From Promethearchaeota archaeon (GTDB taxonomy: Archaea > Asgardarchaeota > Lokiarchaeia > Sigyniarchaeales > SOKP01): a DNA stretch of 47,723 bases. Every line of letters begins with the position of its first letter. Position 1 is the first letter of the stretch. A program made the translations under genes and the position numbers. Of this stretch, positions 27,774-37,786 are shown piece by piece. Under the pieces are notes generated by a model, which did no database searches, had not been told where the DNA came from, and worked only from the letters and a program-made list of their open reading frames with translations. The DNA lies in the NCBI GenBank assembly GCA_048938855.1, contig JBHLLT010000022.1, positions 1-47,723 on the forward strand. Reading direction: 5' to 3'.

Positions 27774-29612
27774 TTATACTTCCTCACATGTTTTAATTAG
27801 AGTATCAAGTTCAACATCAAATCTTTTAATAAAGATTCGTTGGTATTCTTCAGAAGTCTTTAAAAGTTCTTCATGTGTACCTTTAGCGACAATTTCTCCT
27901 TTCTTTAGGACAATTATTAAGTCTGCCCATCTAATTTGTGAAAGTCTATGTGTTATGAGAATAGTTGTTCTATTTTTTAGAATATTTTTGATTGCTGTCT
28001 GTATTTTATCTTCTGTATTGGAATCTATAGCAGAAGTAGAATCATCTAATATCAAGATTTTAGGGTTTACAAGAAAAGCGCGAGCTATAGCAATTCTTTG
28101 TCTTTCACCACCGCTTAATTGGACACCTCTTTCTCCAACCTTGGACTCATATTGATCTGGTAATTTAGATATAAAATCGTGAGCTTGTGCTTGTTTGGAT
28201 ACTTGAATAACCTCTTCAAGAGAACCAGTCTTTCCAAAAGAAATATTTTCAAAAATAGTTGTAGAAAATAAAAACACGTCTTGATCTACATGGGAAATTT
28301 GATTTCTTAATGATTTTAATGCATAGTCTCGGATGTCAATATTATCAATTAAAATTTTTCCTTCATTAACATCATACAACCGTGAAATTAATTTAGCTAA
28401 CGTAGTCTTGCCCGAACCTGTCGTTCCAACGATGGCTAATGTCTTTCCAGATTGAATTTCAAAAGTTATATCCTTTAATACTGGTTTTTCACTTCCGGGA
28501 TAAGAAAAGGTAACGTTTTGGAATTTAATATCTCCCTCTATAGATTTTTGATATCCTCGAATATTTTCGTCAATCTCTGTTTTTTTATTCATAAATTCAA
28601 GTAATCTTTGAGCACTTGAAATCGCAAGGCGTATTATTGCAAATACAAATATAGAAATAAATGTTGGGAAGCGCAATAATGACAATAACCCTACATAAGC
28701 AATTATTTGCCCAATATTCATTAAACCATAAAAATTAAGTATTATAGCATGGATTAACCCTCCTGTAATAGCGAAAGCTAAGAGGAGTATTGGGAGATAC
28801 TTTGCTTCAATGTCACCTTGTTCGACATATGCATTACGATAATTATTAGCTTCAATTTCATATTTCTGAATTTCTTTAGGTTCTTGAGCTGTAGCTTTAA
28901 CAACTTCAATTCCCGTGAGTGCCTCATTTAAGGTAGAATTCATTATTCCATAAAAGGTACGCAGTTTCCCTGTAACTGGTCCGATTTTTCTAATATACGA
29001 CTTTAAAGCGAATATGAATAACCCAGAAAAAATTAGAGGTGCTAATACCAATTGTGGTGGATAAAAAAAGAAAATGTAGAATAGAGGTATTATTAATGAA
29101 GTAAATGATTCAAATATGAGAGAAATCGCAGGACTAATTAAAAAGTTCATTGTTCGTACATCGTCAGTAGCACGAGCCATAATTTCACCAATTTTTTGCT
29201 GATCATGGAAAGATTGGCTTTTCCCTAACAAATTCGTATAAAATTCTTTTCGACAATCTCTCTCTAATCTCTGAGCAATAACTTCACGTAGCATATAATT
29301 AGTTAAACGTAAAATGGGCGTTCCTGTACTTAATAGTAATATAAAAAGTGTATAAAATATCAGAGTTGATTGTTCTCCATTTAAAAAATCTGTAATAGCA
29401 TTTCCAATCACCACCAAAATAGCTGAAGACAAGTTGGCTGCCAAAACTGTTGTAAAAAAAACAATAAAAATGAATAATTTATTTGAACCATGAAAAATGT
29501 GTTTAAAAATCCAACTTCTTGACCCTCTTCTTCGAGCTTTCTCATAAGGATCTTTCCCTGGTGAGAATTCAACAATTTCAGCAGTAATCGTGCTATTTTT
29601 ACTCTTTAGCAT
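27774..29612 (-). CDS. ABC exporter half-transporter (TMD+NBD), partner subunit
   Basis: Walker A GTTGSGKT, signature LSGGE and degenerate Walker B ILDDST. Together with the partner this gives TM287/TM288-type asymmetry. Confidence 0.93.
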   Translation of the reverse strand: MLKSKNSTITAEIVEFSPGKDPYEKARRRGSRSWIFKHIFHGSNKLFIFIVFFTTVLAANLSSAILVVIGNAITDFLNGEQSTLIFYTLFILLLSTGTPILRLTNYMLREVIAQRLERDCRKEFYTNLLGKSQSFHDQQKIGEIMARATDDVRTMNFLISPAISLIFESFTSLIIPLFYIFFFYPPQLVLAPLIFSGLFIFALKSYIRKIGPVTGKLRTFYGIMNSTLNEALTGIEVVKATAQEPKEIQKYEIEANNYRNAYVEQGDIEAKYLPILLLAFAITGGLIHAIILNFYGLMNIGQIIAYVGLLSLLRFPTFISIFVFAIIRLAISSAQRLLEFMNKKTEIDENIRGYQKSIEGDIKFQNVTFSYPGSEKPVLKDITFEIQSGKTLAIVGTTGSGKTTLAKLISRLYDVNEGKILIDNIDIRDYALKSLRNQISHVDQDVFLFSTTIFENISFGKTGSLEEVIQVSKQAQAHDFISKLPDQYESKVGERGVQLSGGERQRIAIARAFLVNPKILILDDSTSAIDSNTEDKIQTAIKNILKNRTTILITHRLSQIRWADLIIVLKKGEIVAKGTHEELLKTSEEYQRIFIKRFDVELDTLIKTCEEV

Positions 29613-29756
29613 TTATAAATTCAAAGTAGTTTAGATAAGATTATAATACTTGAGTTATTAATTCTGAAATGGTAGGTTATTAATAGATTTTTTATATTTA
29701 AAATATAACCTAATGAAGCTATTTGATTTTTATGATTATAAGGGTAAAATAAATAT

Positions 29757-30024
29757 ATGAAAATTTTAATTTGAAAAGTTAATGTTCAAGACGTCGAAAA
29801 AATATCAAAAATATAGGGTATTATTTGTGCGGAGGGAATTTATACTTCAGTAAGTCACCCTTTTACTCGATAGCAAGAAGAAGTTTATATTCGCTCTCTT
29901 TCTGAAACACTGGAGCGATTGCTTTTTATAGAAATTTAGGTTTTCTACAAAAAGGGGTATTATCTGATCAAATAAAATTTATAATCAGTATGAAGATGAA
30001 ATATTCACGGAACTATTTCTATAA
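29757..30024 (+). pseudogene. Decayed GNAT acetyltransferase
   Basis: Manual translation: MKILI*KVNVQDVEKISKI*GIICAEGIYTSVSHPFTR*QEEVYIRSLF*NTGAIAFYRNLGFLQKGVLSDQIKF/(frameshift)NQYEDEIFTELFL*. It retains the GNAT N..A..FY..LGF...G motif but has four stops, one frameshift and no central acetyl-CoA motif. Confidence 0.75.
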
Positions 30025-30142
30025 TTTGTAAAACATATTTTGTACACAAAAACTTTAGTTGTATTAACCCATTAATAATTCCGACAAAATTCTATGAAAT
30101 ATTAAAGTATTATTTAAATATTTGAAGTTTTATAAAATAATT

Positions 30143-30283
30143 GTGTCTGATAAAGAAATTTCGTATGACGTTAGGTTGGAAGAAGAATTTGAGAAAGTGA
30201 AGCTTAAAATCTGGTTGTTAGAAGAATTACAACTCATACCAAAGGAGTATCATTCACAAATAATTAGGAATACGAGAACTTAG
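30143..30283 (+). CDS. Possible 46-aa acidic microprotein or gene remnant
   Basis: GTG-started ORF VSDKEISYDVRLEEEFEKVKLKIWLLEELQLIPKEYHSQIIRNTRT, with a TATA-like TATTTAAATA about 25 nt upstream. Confidence 0.3.
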   Translation: MSDKEISYDVRLEEEFEKVKLKIWLLEELQLIPKEYHSQIIRNTRT

Positions 30284-30320
30284 TAAAAAATTAAATTCGC
30301 GCTACAATTTCTCTATATTC

Positions 30321-30605
30321 TCAACCCTCGTAATTCTTTTTAGTGCTAATCAAGGTGGTCGTTGCTTCAATCCATTGAGATAATTCTGGATCATCCCTAC
30401 AAAATGATACTATTTTATCTAAATCCTCAAGGTTAGCGAATTTGCATTCAATTAATAAATCCCAACCACCATATATAGGTGTAACATATGTAATCATCCA
30501 GTTTTCATTTTTATTAATCGAATTGAAATTTTTCAATTTTTCAGTGACTTTCCATTGAGTTCCTATAATTTTTAAACGAATTAAAATGTATCCACGATAA
30601 TAGAT
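30321..30605 (-). CDS. Stand-alone Lrp/AsnC ligand-binding (RAM) domain protein
   Basis: TPIYGGWDLLIEC...IEATTTLIS RAM pattern. The first strand (YRGYILIRL) lies upstream of the tracked TTG (30536), in frame from an ATC at 30605 preceded by AGGTG. Confidence 0.75.
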   Translation of the reverse strand: MYYRGYILIRLKIIGTQWKVTEKLKNFNSINKNENWMITYVTPIYGGWDLLIECKFANLEDLDKIVSFCRDDPELSQWIEATTTLISTKKNYEG

Positions 30606-30781
30606 AAATTTTACACCTGATTTAATAATTAAGCAACTGTTTATGATAATCTTATAATACTGATGAATTGAAATTTGTTTTTAAAATTATTCAAGTTTAT
30701 TATTAATATCTATTTAGAAAAATTAAAATCCAAAATCACTTTTCTTTTTTATTTAATAAGGTATTTTCTTATAAATTTCAA

Positions 30782-31201
30782 TTAGGAGTGAGTTTTTTTC
30801 ATTTTTAATAGCATTTTTTTCAGAAGTTTTAATTCTTTTTTTAGAGATTTCTTTTGTATATCAACAATAAACGATTTAAATCGATGTTTTTTAAGAGTAT
30901 CTAACTCAGATTGTTTCTCCTTTATCTCATTTAAAAGATCTTTAATATTCGAAAATTCAGGAATTATTATTTGTATTTTAGTATCTCGATACCCCTCTTC
31001 TCTATTAAAATGTCTATAATAATTGTAGAATAAGCAAATGGCAAGAATAAATGGAAAAGCACCAAAACTTATACTTATTACAATCGAGATATGAAAATTA
31101 TTTGACCTAATAATCAAAATGAAAAATAGAAAGGAAATAATTGGCCAACTAATTAAAGATAATAAAATAACAAAATCTACTTTTCTCAAAATTTTTATCA
31201 A
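30782..31201 (-). CDS. Hypothetical membrane protein (2 TM helices + basic coiled-coil tail)
   Basis: Two hydrophobic stretches followed by a K/E-rich heptad-like C-terminus. Confidence 0.55.
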   Translation of the reverse strand: MIKILRKVDFVILLSLISWPIISFLFFILIIRSNNFHISIVISISFGAFPFILAICLFYNYYRHFNREEGYRDTKIQIIIPEFSNIKDLLNEIKEKQSELDTLKKHRFKSFIVDIQKKSLKKELKLLKKMLLKMKKTHS

Positions 31202-31283
31202 TTTACAATTTATTTAATTAAACCATTTAGTGTTGCTAAATTTCTCACGGTCGTAAGTAGCTATATTGATAAATTATGAAATT

Positions 31284-34200
31284 TTACCAATAGATTTCTT
31301 TTAATTTTTTGTGGTACTCGTTAAGTGATTTAATCTCAATATCTTTTTCTCGTATGTTTTTTATAGCGTCTACTACAGCTTGAGCAAGCTGTAGGTTCAC
31401 AATGACAGGTATATTGTAATCCACTGCCATTCTTCGAATTTTATATTCATCTTCGATAATTGTTTGAAATTTATCTTGTAATGTTGTCGGCATTGGAATA
31501 TTAATTACCATATCAATATGACCCTCTTGTAGGCATGCCATTATGTTTGGCTCTTTTCCATATTCATGGACTTTATAAAGCCTAACTGCTTCAATTCCGT
31601 TGGTTTTTAACGCTAATGCCGTATTTTCAGTTGCAAAAATTTTGAATCCTAAATCGCTTAATTTATGAGCAATGGGAATAACATCATTCTTTGATTCTTC
31701 TCCACCTATAGAAATTAACACATTACCTCCATCAATCGGGATTTCCATATCTGTGGCTTCTAAGGCTTTTAATAATGCGTCTTGGAAATTTTGTCCTACT
31801 ATTCCAATTTCGCCTGTTGAGGCCATTTCAACTCCAAGTCGAAAGTCTGCTTTATCCAATCTCATAAAAGAGAACATAGGCGCCTTTATACCAACATAAT
31901 CTCCATAAGGAAGGTCAAGCAATCGTTCTGGAATTTTCTTTCCCATAATTACTTCTGCTGCCAATCTCATTAAATTTATCCCTCTTGTTTTTGATACATA
32001 AGGCATGCTCCTACTAGAACGTAAATTACATTCAATCACATAAACTTCTCCATTTTTTACTAAATATTGCACATTAAATGGCCCTATTATTTTAAGAGCT
32101 AATGCAATCTGTTTTGTATAGTTTTCAATTATTTCGATAACAGCTTTAGATACTGTTTGAGGGGGAATAGTCATTGTAGCATCTCCACTATGAATTCCAG
32201 CATTTTCTATATGTTCAACAATAGCACCAATTAATACATTTTCTCCATCGGATATACCATCACATTCAATTTCCCTAGCGTTAGTGAAAAATTTTGTGAT
32301 TACAACGGGATATTCACTCGAAATAGAAGCAGCAAGATCAAGAGTGTCTCTAAGAGTTTGTTCATCATAAGAAACCCTCATGGCAGCACCACTTAATACA
32401 TACGAAGGTCTAACTAATACAGGATATCCTACATTTTTTGCAAATTCCAAAGCATCATCTTTATTCGTTAAAGTTTTCCATTCTGGTTGTCTTATATTTA
32501 ATTGGTCCAAAAGGATACTAAACTTACTTCTATCTTCTGCCATATCTATTCTAGAACCATGAGTTCCAAGAATTTTTAAATTTGTTTTCCTAAAAAATTC
32601 TGAGTATTTGGAAATTTTAGCAGCTAAATTATTTGCTATTTGTCCTCCTGCAGAAACTACAATACCACTAGCTTTTTCAAGTTCACAAATATCAAGAACT
32701 CTTTCACCTGAAATTTCTTCAAAATATAATTTATCAGAGATATCATAGTCAGTAGATACAGTTTCAGGATTATAGTTTATCATAATAGCTTGATCTATTC
32801 CAAGTTTTTTCAGACCCCATAAGCAATTAACAGACCCCCAATCAAATTCCACAGAAGCTCCAATACGATAAGTTCCTGAACCTAGCACAATCACTTTTCT
32901 TAAATCTGACTTATATTCATTTACAAAATTAATATCGTGTTCTGAAGCACTATATGTTAGATATAAATAATTAGTTTTTGCGGGCCATTCTGCTGCTAAT
33001 GTGTCTATTCTTTTTACAAAGGGTTGTATATTTAACCTTCTTCTCATTTGTCTTATAAAAATAGTTCCAACCTTCATTATCTTAGCAATTTGGCCATCAG
33101 AAAACCCAAAACGTTTCGCTCTCTCTAACCAATATTTTTTTTCATTATCGTCAGTCTCTAATAAATCGAGATCTTGAAGTTGACGTTCGAGATCAATAAT
33201 ATTTTTTAATTTATATAAAAACCACTTATCAACACGAGAGAGACGGTATATTTCATCAATAGAGATTCCTCTCTTTATTGCTTCAGCAATTCTAAATACT
33301 CTTAAATCTGTTGGATTACGTAAGGCATATTTTAAATCATTAATATCTTCTATGGGATCTAAATCATTTGCTACAAATCCTTTCATTCCAATATCAAGCA
33401 TTCTAATGGCTTTCTGTATTACTTCTTCAAAAGTCCTCCCGATTGCCATAACCTCTCCTACACTTTTCATTTGAGAACCAATTCTACGGTCTACTTTTTG
33501 AAATTTAGTTAAGTCCCATCTTGGTATTTTAAGTACTAAATAATCCAAAGCAGGTTCAAAACAGGCTGTTGTAATTCCTGTAACTTTATTTTTTAGTTCT
33601 GGCAATGTGTAGCCTATTGCTAATTTAGCCGCTACGTAAGCTAATGGATATCCAGTCGCCTTCGATGCTAGAGCAGAAGACCTCGAAAGTCGAGCGTTTA
33701 CTTCTATTGCTCGAAATTCCTTAGAAAATGGATCTAATCCATACTGAATATTACATTCTCCTATAATCCCAAGGTTTCGAATGACTCTTATAGAAGCTGA
33801 ACGGAGCATATGATATTCCTCATTTGTAAGAGTTTGACTGGGGCTTACAACAATTGATTCACCTGTATGAAGTCCAACTGGATCGAAGTTTTCCATATTA
33901 CAATTAATAAAACAGTTATCTTCAGAATCTCTTACTACTTCATATTCAATTTCTTTCCAACCCCATATACTTTCTTCAATTAAAATTTGATTAATTCTTG
34001 ATTGTGCTAAACCTTTTTTTGCCATCCTTTCAAATTCTTTCATATTATCAACTATACCAGATCCTCTTCCACCTAAAGTATAAGCTACTCGTATCATACA
34101 AGGAAATCCAATATTTTTGACCGCTTTTAACGCTTCACTATACGAATTTACAGCTTGGCTTTTACAGACTTTAACCTTTGATCTCTCCATTGCTCTTACA

Positions 34201-34595
34201 AACAGATCTCGATCTTCAGTAGCTTCAATAGCCTCAATTGGCGTTCCAAGTACCCTCACATTATATTTTCTTAGTATCTCTCTTTCTTTTAATTCTACTC
34301 CTACATTTAATGCAGTTTGTCCACCAAATGCTAATAAAATGCCATCTGGTTTTTCTTTTTTTATAACCTCTTCTACATATTTAACATTTATTGGTAATAA
34401 ATAAACACTGTTAGATAATTCAGGGTCTGTTTGGATTGTTGCAATATTAGGGTTAATTAAAATGGTTTCAATTCCTTCTTCTTTAAGTGCTTTTAATACT
34501 TGACTTCCAGAATAATCAAATTCTCCTGCTTGACCAATTCGGATACCTCCAGATCCTAAAACTAATGCTTTTTTTATTGTTTTATCTAATGGCAT
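31284..34595 (-). CDS. carB: Carbamoyl-phosphate synthase large subunit
   Basis: GQAGEFDYSG, duplicated ATP-grasp domains (EVNARLSRSS, ECNLRSSRS), NYNPETVSTDYD and an MGS domain. Confidence 0.98.
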   Translation of the reverse strand: MPLDKTIKKALVLGSGGIRIGQAGEFDYSGSQVLKALKEEGIETILINPNIATIQTDPELSNSVYLLPINVKYVEEVIKKEKPDGILLAFGGQTALNVGVELKEREILRKYNVRVLGTPIEAIEATEDRDLFVRAMERSKVKVCKSQAVNSYSEALKAVKNIGFPCMIRVAYTLGGRGSGIVDNMKEFERMAKKGLAQSRINQILIEESIWGWKEIEYEVVRDSEDNCFINCNMENFDPVGLHTGESIVVSPSQTLTNEEYHMLRSASIRVIRNLGIIGECNIQYGLDPFSKEFRAIEVNARLSRSSALASKATGYPLAYVAAKLAIGYTLPELKNKVTGITTACFEPALDYLVLKIPRWDLTKFQKVDRRIGSQMKSVGEVMAIGRTFEEVIQKAIRMLDIGMKGFVANDLDPIEDINDLKYALRNPTDLRVFRIAEAIKRGISIDEIYRLSRVDKWFLYKLKNIIDLERQLQDLDLLETDDNEKKYWLERAKRFGFSDGQIAKIMKVGTIFIRQMRRRLNIQPFVKRIDTLAAEWPAKTNYLYLTYSASEHDINFVNEYKSDLRKVIVLGSGTYRIGASVEFDWGSVNCLWGLKKLGIDQAIMINYNPETVSTDYDISDKLYFEEISGERVLDICELEKASGIVVSAGGQIANNLAAKISKYSEFFRKTNLKILGTHGSRIDMAEDRSKFSILLDQLNIRQPEWKTLTNKDDALEFAKNVGYPVLVRPSYVLSGAAMRVSYDEQTLRDTLDLAASISSEYPVVITKFFTNAREIECDGISDGENVLIGAIVEHIENAGIHSGDATMTIPPQTVSKAVIEIIENYTKQIALALKIIGPFNVQYLVKNGEVYVIECNLRSSRSMPYVSKTRGINLMRLAAEVIMGKKIPERLLDLPYGDYVGIKAPMFSFMRLDKADFRLGVEMASTGEIGIVGQNFQDALLKALEATDMEIPIDGGNVLISIGGEESKNDVIPIAHKLSDLGFKIFATENTALALKTNGIEAVRLYKVHEYGKEPNIMACLQEGHIDMVINIPMPTTLQDKFQTIIEDEYKIRRMAVDYNIPVIVNLQLAQAVVDAIKNIREKDIEIKSLNEYHKKLKEIYW

Positions 34596-34599
34596 TATC

Positions 34600-35733
34600 C
34601 TATAACTCCATTAATTCTACAAATTTATCAAAGAGATATAAGGAATCTAATGGTCCTGGCGATGCTTCAGGATGAAATTGTACCGCAAATATAGGTTTTT
34701 CTTTATGGATTAACCCTTCATTAGAATTATCGTCAATATTATACAAAAATTCTTTAAATCCTCCTCTTTCAAAATCTTTTACGCAGAACCCATGATTTTG
34801 GGAGGTAATATAGCAATGACGTGTTTCTGGGTTTATGACTGTTTTATTACCTCCTCTATGTCCATACTTTAATTTGTATGAAGAACCTCCCGCTGCTAAG
34901 CCTAAAATTTGATTACCTAAACAAATTCCCATAGTAGGTATATTATTTTCAATTAACTTTTTAGCAACTTCTATTGCACTCTTATACATTGCGGGATCTC
35001 CTGGCCCATTAGAAATGAAAACACCATCAGGATTAAATTTCATAATTTGATCGTAATTATAATTAAAAGGTACGAGAATGACTTCAATTCCTCTGCAGAC
35101 AAAATTTCTTAGAATATTATTCTTAACTCCTAAATCTAAAACAACAACTTTTCCTTTTGAATCATAAGGAGTGAACATCTTAACTTCTTTTGTTGAAACT
35201 TCACTTGCTAAATGTCTAAGGTTAGGATCTTGAATTTTTTTAACTTCTTGTTTCAGTTCATTTATATTAGGTTTTTCTCCTGGATTATATACTGCAATTA
35301 ATCCAAGTTGAACGCCCTCTTCTCTTAATATTTTCGTTATTGCCCTAGTATCAACCCACTCAATTCCAGGAATATTTTCCTCAAGGAGAAACTCGTTAAG
35401 ACTTCTAATGCTTTCATAATGACTTGGATTTTTACAACATTCATTAACGATAAAACCACTTACTTTAATTGAATCTGATTCAAAGTACTTATGAATACCG
35501 ATTTCATCTTTTTCCCATGCTGGAACTCCATAATTACCAACAAGAGGGTGAGTCATAACAACGATTTGACCTTGATATGAGGGATCAGTTAAAGTCTCAT
35601 TATAGCCAGCAGCAGTTATCGTATTAAAAACGACTTCTCCTCCCACCTTTTTTGTAGCACCAAAGCCAATCCCTTCAAAATAACGTCCATCTTGAAGCAT
35701 TAATATAGCTGGCCTTTCTTTCTTATAAAGCAT
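34600..35733 (-). CDS. carA: Carbamoyl-phosphate synthase small subunit
   Basis: GEVVFNT, TDPSY.GQ, SNGPGDP, GICLGNQ, SQNHGF and QFHPE motifs. Confidence 0.98.
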   Translation of the reverse strand: MLYKKERPAILMLQDGRYFEGIGFGATKKVGGEVVFNTITAAGYNETLTDPSYQGQIVVMTHPLVGNYGVPAWEKDEIGIHKYFESDSIKVSGFIVNECCKNPSHYESIRSLNEFLLEENIPGIEWVDTRAITKILREEGVQLGLIAVYNPGEKPNINELKQEVKKIQDPNLRHLASEVSTKEVKMFTPYDSKGKVVVLDLGVKNNILRNFVCRGIEVILVPFNYNYDQIMKFNPDGVFISNGPGDPAMYKSAIEVAKKLIENNIPTMGICLGNQILGLAAGGSSYKLKYGHRGGNKTVINPETRHCYITSQNHGFCVKDFERGGFKEFLYNIDDNSNEGLIHKEKPIFAVQFHPEASPGPLDSLYLFDKFVELMEL

Positions 35734-35829
35734 TGACTCTTTTTTGAGGTTCTTCTTATATGTCCTTAAAATAAAGAAAAATAATCCTTTTATTAAGATT
35801 AATTATTAACTAGTTAAATATAATATAAT

Positions 35830-36924
35830 TCAACTAGCTCCACTTGGAGGTGGTAAGTATGAAGAATAAATATCTTTCTTTATTCTCTCTCCTTTTTCTT
35901 TAATAAATTCCTGTATTGATGTTTTAATTGATTGAATTATTTCCTCAAAATTAATTTCATCAAAAGAATTCAACCATGAATAATCTTGAATATTGGAACT
36001 TTCTAATTCTTTCGATTCTTGTAAAATTATAATATTTTGGTCAATTAGAAAGGATGGATCTAGTAGATTGTTATCTCCATCCTCTAATTTTTTCACGTTA
36101 AGGAGCATACATTCAAGTAGATCATCATAGAAAAGAAGGGGGATATATTTTAGTATATCTGGTTTCAATTTGTCTAATGATAATTTTAACATTTCTAAGT
36201 TAGGTGCAAAACCGACTTCAAATAAATCGTAAACATCAAGATTTATGAGATCTGGATGAAATTGTAATTGTTCCACTTTTTTAAATTTCTCACGATATTT
36301 TGCTATTTTTTTGACATATAGTCTCACATGCGTTTCTAAATGTGTGGTTTCAATTAAAATAGAATTTTCTTCAATTTTTTTCTCACAAATAGCTTGGACA
36401 CTTTTGCAATACTTATTCGCAGCACTTATTAGATCTTCCTGATTAAGCTTTGCTTTCAATAAATTTTCAACATATAACCTCAAAAATGCTGAAAAATCAT
36501 TTTCAAGATCTAATAATTTAGCATATAGAAATTTTGTTGAGTCCCACCATTTTTTTGCCTTTTGAGTCGTAAGAGAAAGAGCGAATTTATCGAAGGCACG
36601 AATTTCTGTAAAATTAATCAATTGTTCTATTCCATATTGTAAAAATTTGGAGGGATTAATAATTGCTTTTAGATCATCCATTAGTGGGAAAATTAATGGC
36701 TCTCTAGGACGAATCAAAACTGATAATTCACCATTAAAAACACGATCTACTCTCATAGGAAGGGGCATAATTGGATTATTAATATTTTTTTTTAGTATTG
36801 CCACATCTCGATCCGAATCAAAACCTGTAAGATCGGGAGGAAATATTTCCAAATAAAAGAAAAAAGGTGCAGCATCGTATTTGTAGGTTTTAAACTTGTT
36901 AACAGGCTTGACAAGGATCACCAA
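35830..36924 (-). CDS. Hypothetical protein (no recognised family)
   Basis: 364-aa ORF in tight operon spacing with the TetR gene. No motif recognised. Confidence 0.75.
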   Translation of the reverse strand: MVILVKPVNKFKTYKYDAAPFFFYLEIFPPDLTGFDSDRDVAILKKNINNPIMPLPMRVDRVFNGELSVLIRPREPLIFPLMDDLKAIINPSKFLQYGIEQLINFTEIRAFDKFALSLTTQKAKKWWDSTKFLYAKLLDLENDFSAFLRLYVENLLKAKLNQEDLISAANKYCKSVQAICEKKIEENSILIETTHLETHVRLYVKKIAKYREKFKKVEQLQFHPDLINLDVYDLFEVGFAPNLEMLKLSLDKLKPDILKYIPLLFYDDLLECMLLNVKKLEDGDNNLLDPSFLIDQNIIILQESKELESSNIQDYSWLNSFDEINFEEIIQSIKTSIQEFIKEKGERIKKDIYSSYLPPPSGAS

Positions 36925-36929
36925 AATTA

Positions 36930-37649
36930 TTAGTTAGGCAACTTTTCTTGAGCTAATGATAGATTTTTTAATGATTGTTCTAATTTATTTAGAATGAATT
37001 TTCTGAAATCATCGCTAGTAAAATCAGCTTGACCAAATTGGATTATTTCACTTGCAAGATTACCATTAAAATTTTCACTCTGTTCAATTATTCTCATGTG
37101 TCTATCGACTACAGCAGCTCCCAAAATTAAACTATATGCATAAAAAGACAGTAATCCTGCATTAGTCTCCTTAATTTCTCCACTATTAATTCCAGTCTGA
37201 ATAACATTGGCAGTACCTTTTAAAAAATTAAATTTTCTATATTCTTTTTCAAATGGTCCCATTTTTTCAGAGGGAGGAGCCTCAATCAAATGCATCATAC
37301 TAAAAGCTCCATGATCCTGCCCAGCAAAATCTAGAAAATGCTCGAAGAGCTTCATTAAAAGATCAACTGTTGAACTTTCATGATCTTTGATGATTTCAAT
37401 ATTTTCATTCCTATATTGTTTAAAAAATTTACTTCGAATAGCGATCCATAATTCTCTCTTACTTTTTACATAATTATATAAATTATTTTGATTCATACCC
37501 AGATTTTTTGCTAATCCCCGTAAACTAAATCCATCTCTTCCTTTTTCTAAAAATAATTCCTTTCCTGCTTCCAAAATTCGCTCAAATTGAGCTGCTTTCT
37601 TTTCAGGTGAGCGACTTCGTGTTTTTTTTTTCTTAAGCTTTGTACTCAT
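36930..37649 (-). CDS. TetR/AcrR family transcriptional regulator
   Basis: ILEAGKELFLEKGRDGFSLRGLAKNLGMNQNNLYNYVKSKREL HTH. Confidence 0.93.
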   Translation of the reverse strand: MSTKLKKKKTRSRSPEKKAAQFERILEAGKELFLEKGRDGFSLRGLAKNLGMNQNNLYNYVKSKRELWIAIRSKFFKQYRNENIEIIKDHESSTVDLLMKLFEHFLDFAGQDHGAFSMMHLIEAPPSEKMGPFEKEYRKFNFLKGTANVIQTGINSGEIKETNAGLLSFYAYSLILGAAVVDRHMRIIEQSENFNGNLASEIIQFGQADFTSDDFRKFILNKLEQSLKNLSLAQEKLPN

Positions 37650-37786
37650 AATAAACCTCTACATTTTTTATTTGGAAATATTAATTAAGTAAAATAATCA
37701 CATATCAGATTAATAACAATTTTAATTAATTAATGACAAATTATTAACATTTGTGTATTTAAAAATCATGTAACTCATCATTATTG

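Noticed and set aside
29757-30024. In-frame TGA/TAG codons as evidence of genetic-code reassignment
   Set aside because: The stops are of mixed types and come with a frameshift and a deletion. TGA and TAG terminate intact genes elsewhere in the window.
37700-37760. TAAT(A/G)ACAA-like repeats upstream of tetR as an operator
   Set aside because: Too AT-rich and imperfect to distinguish from background by eye.
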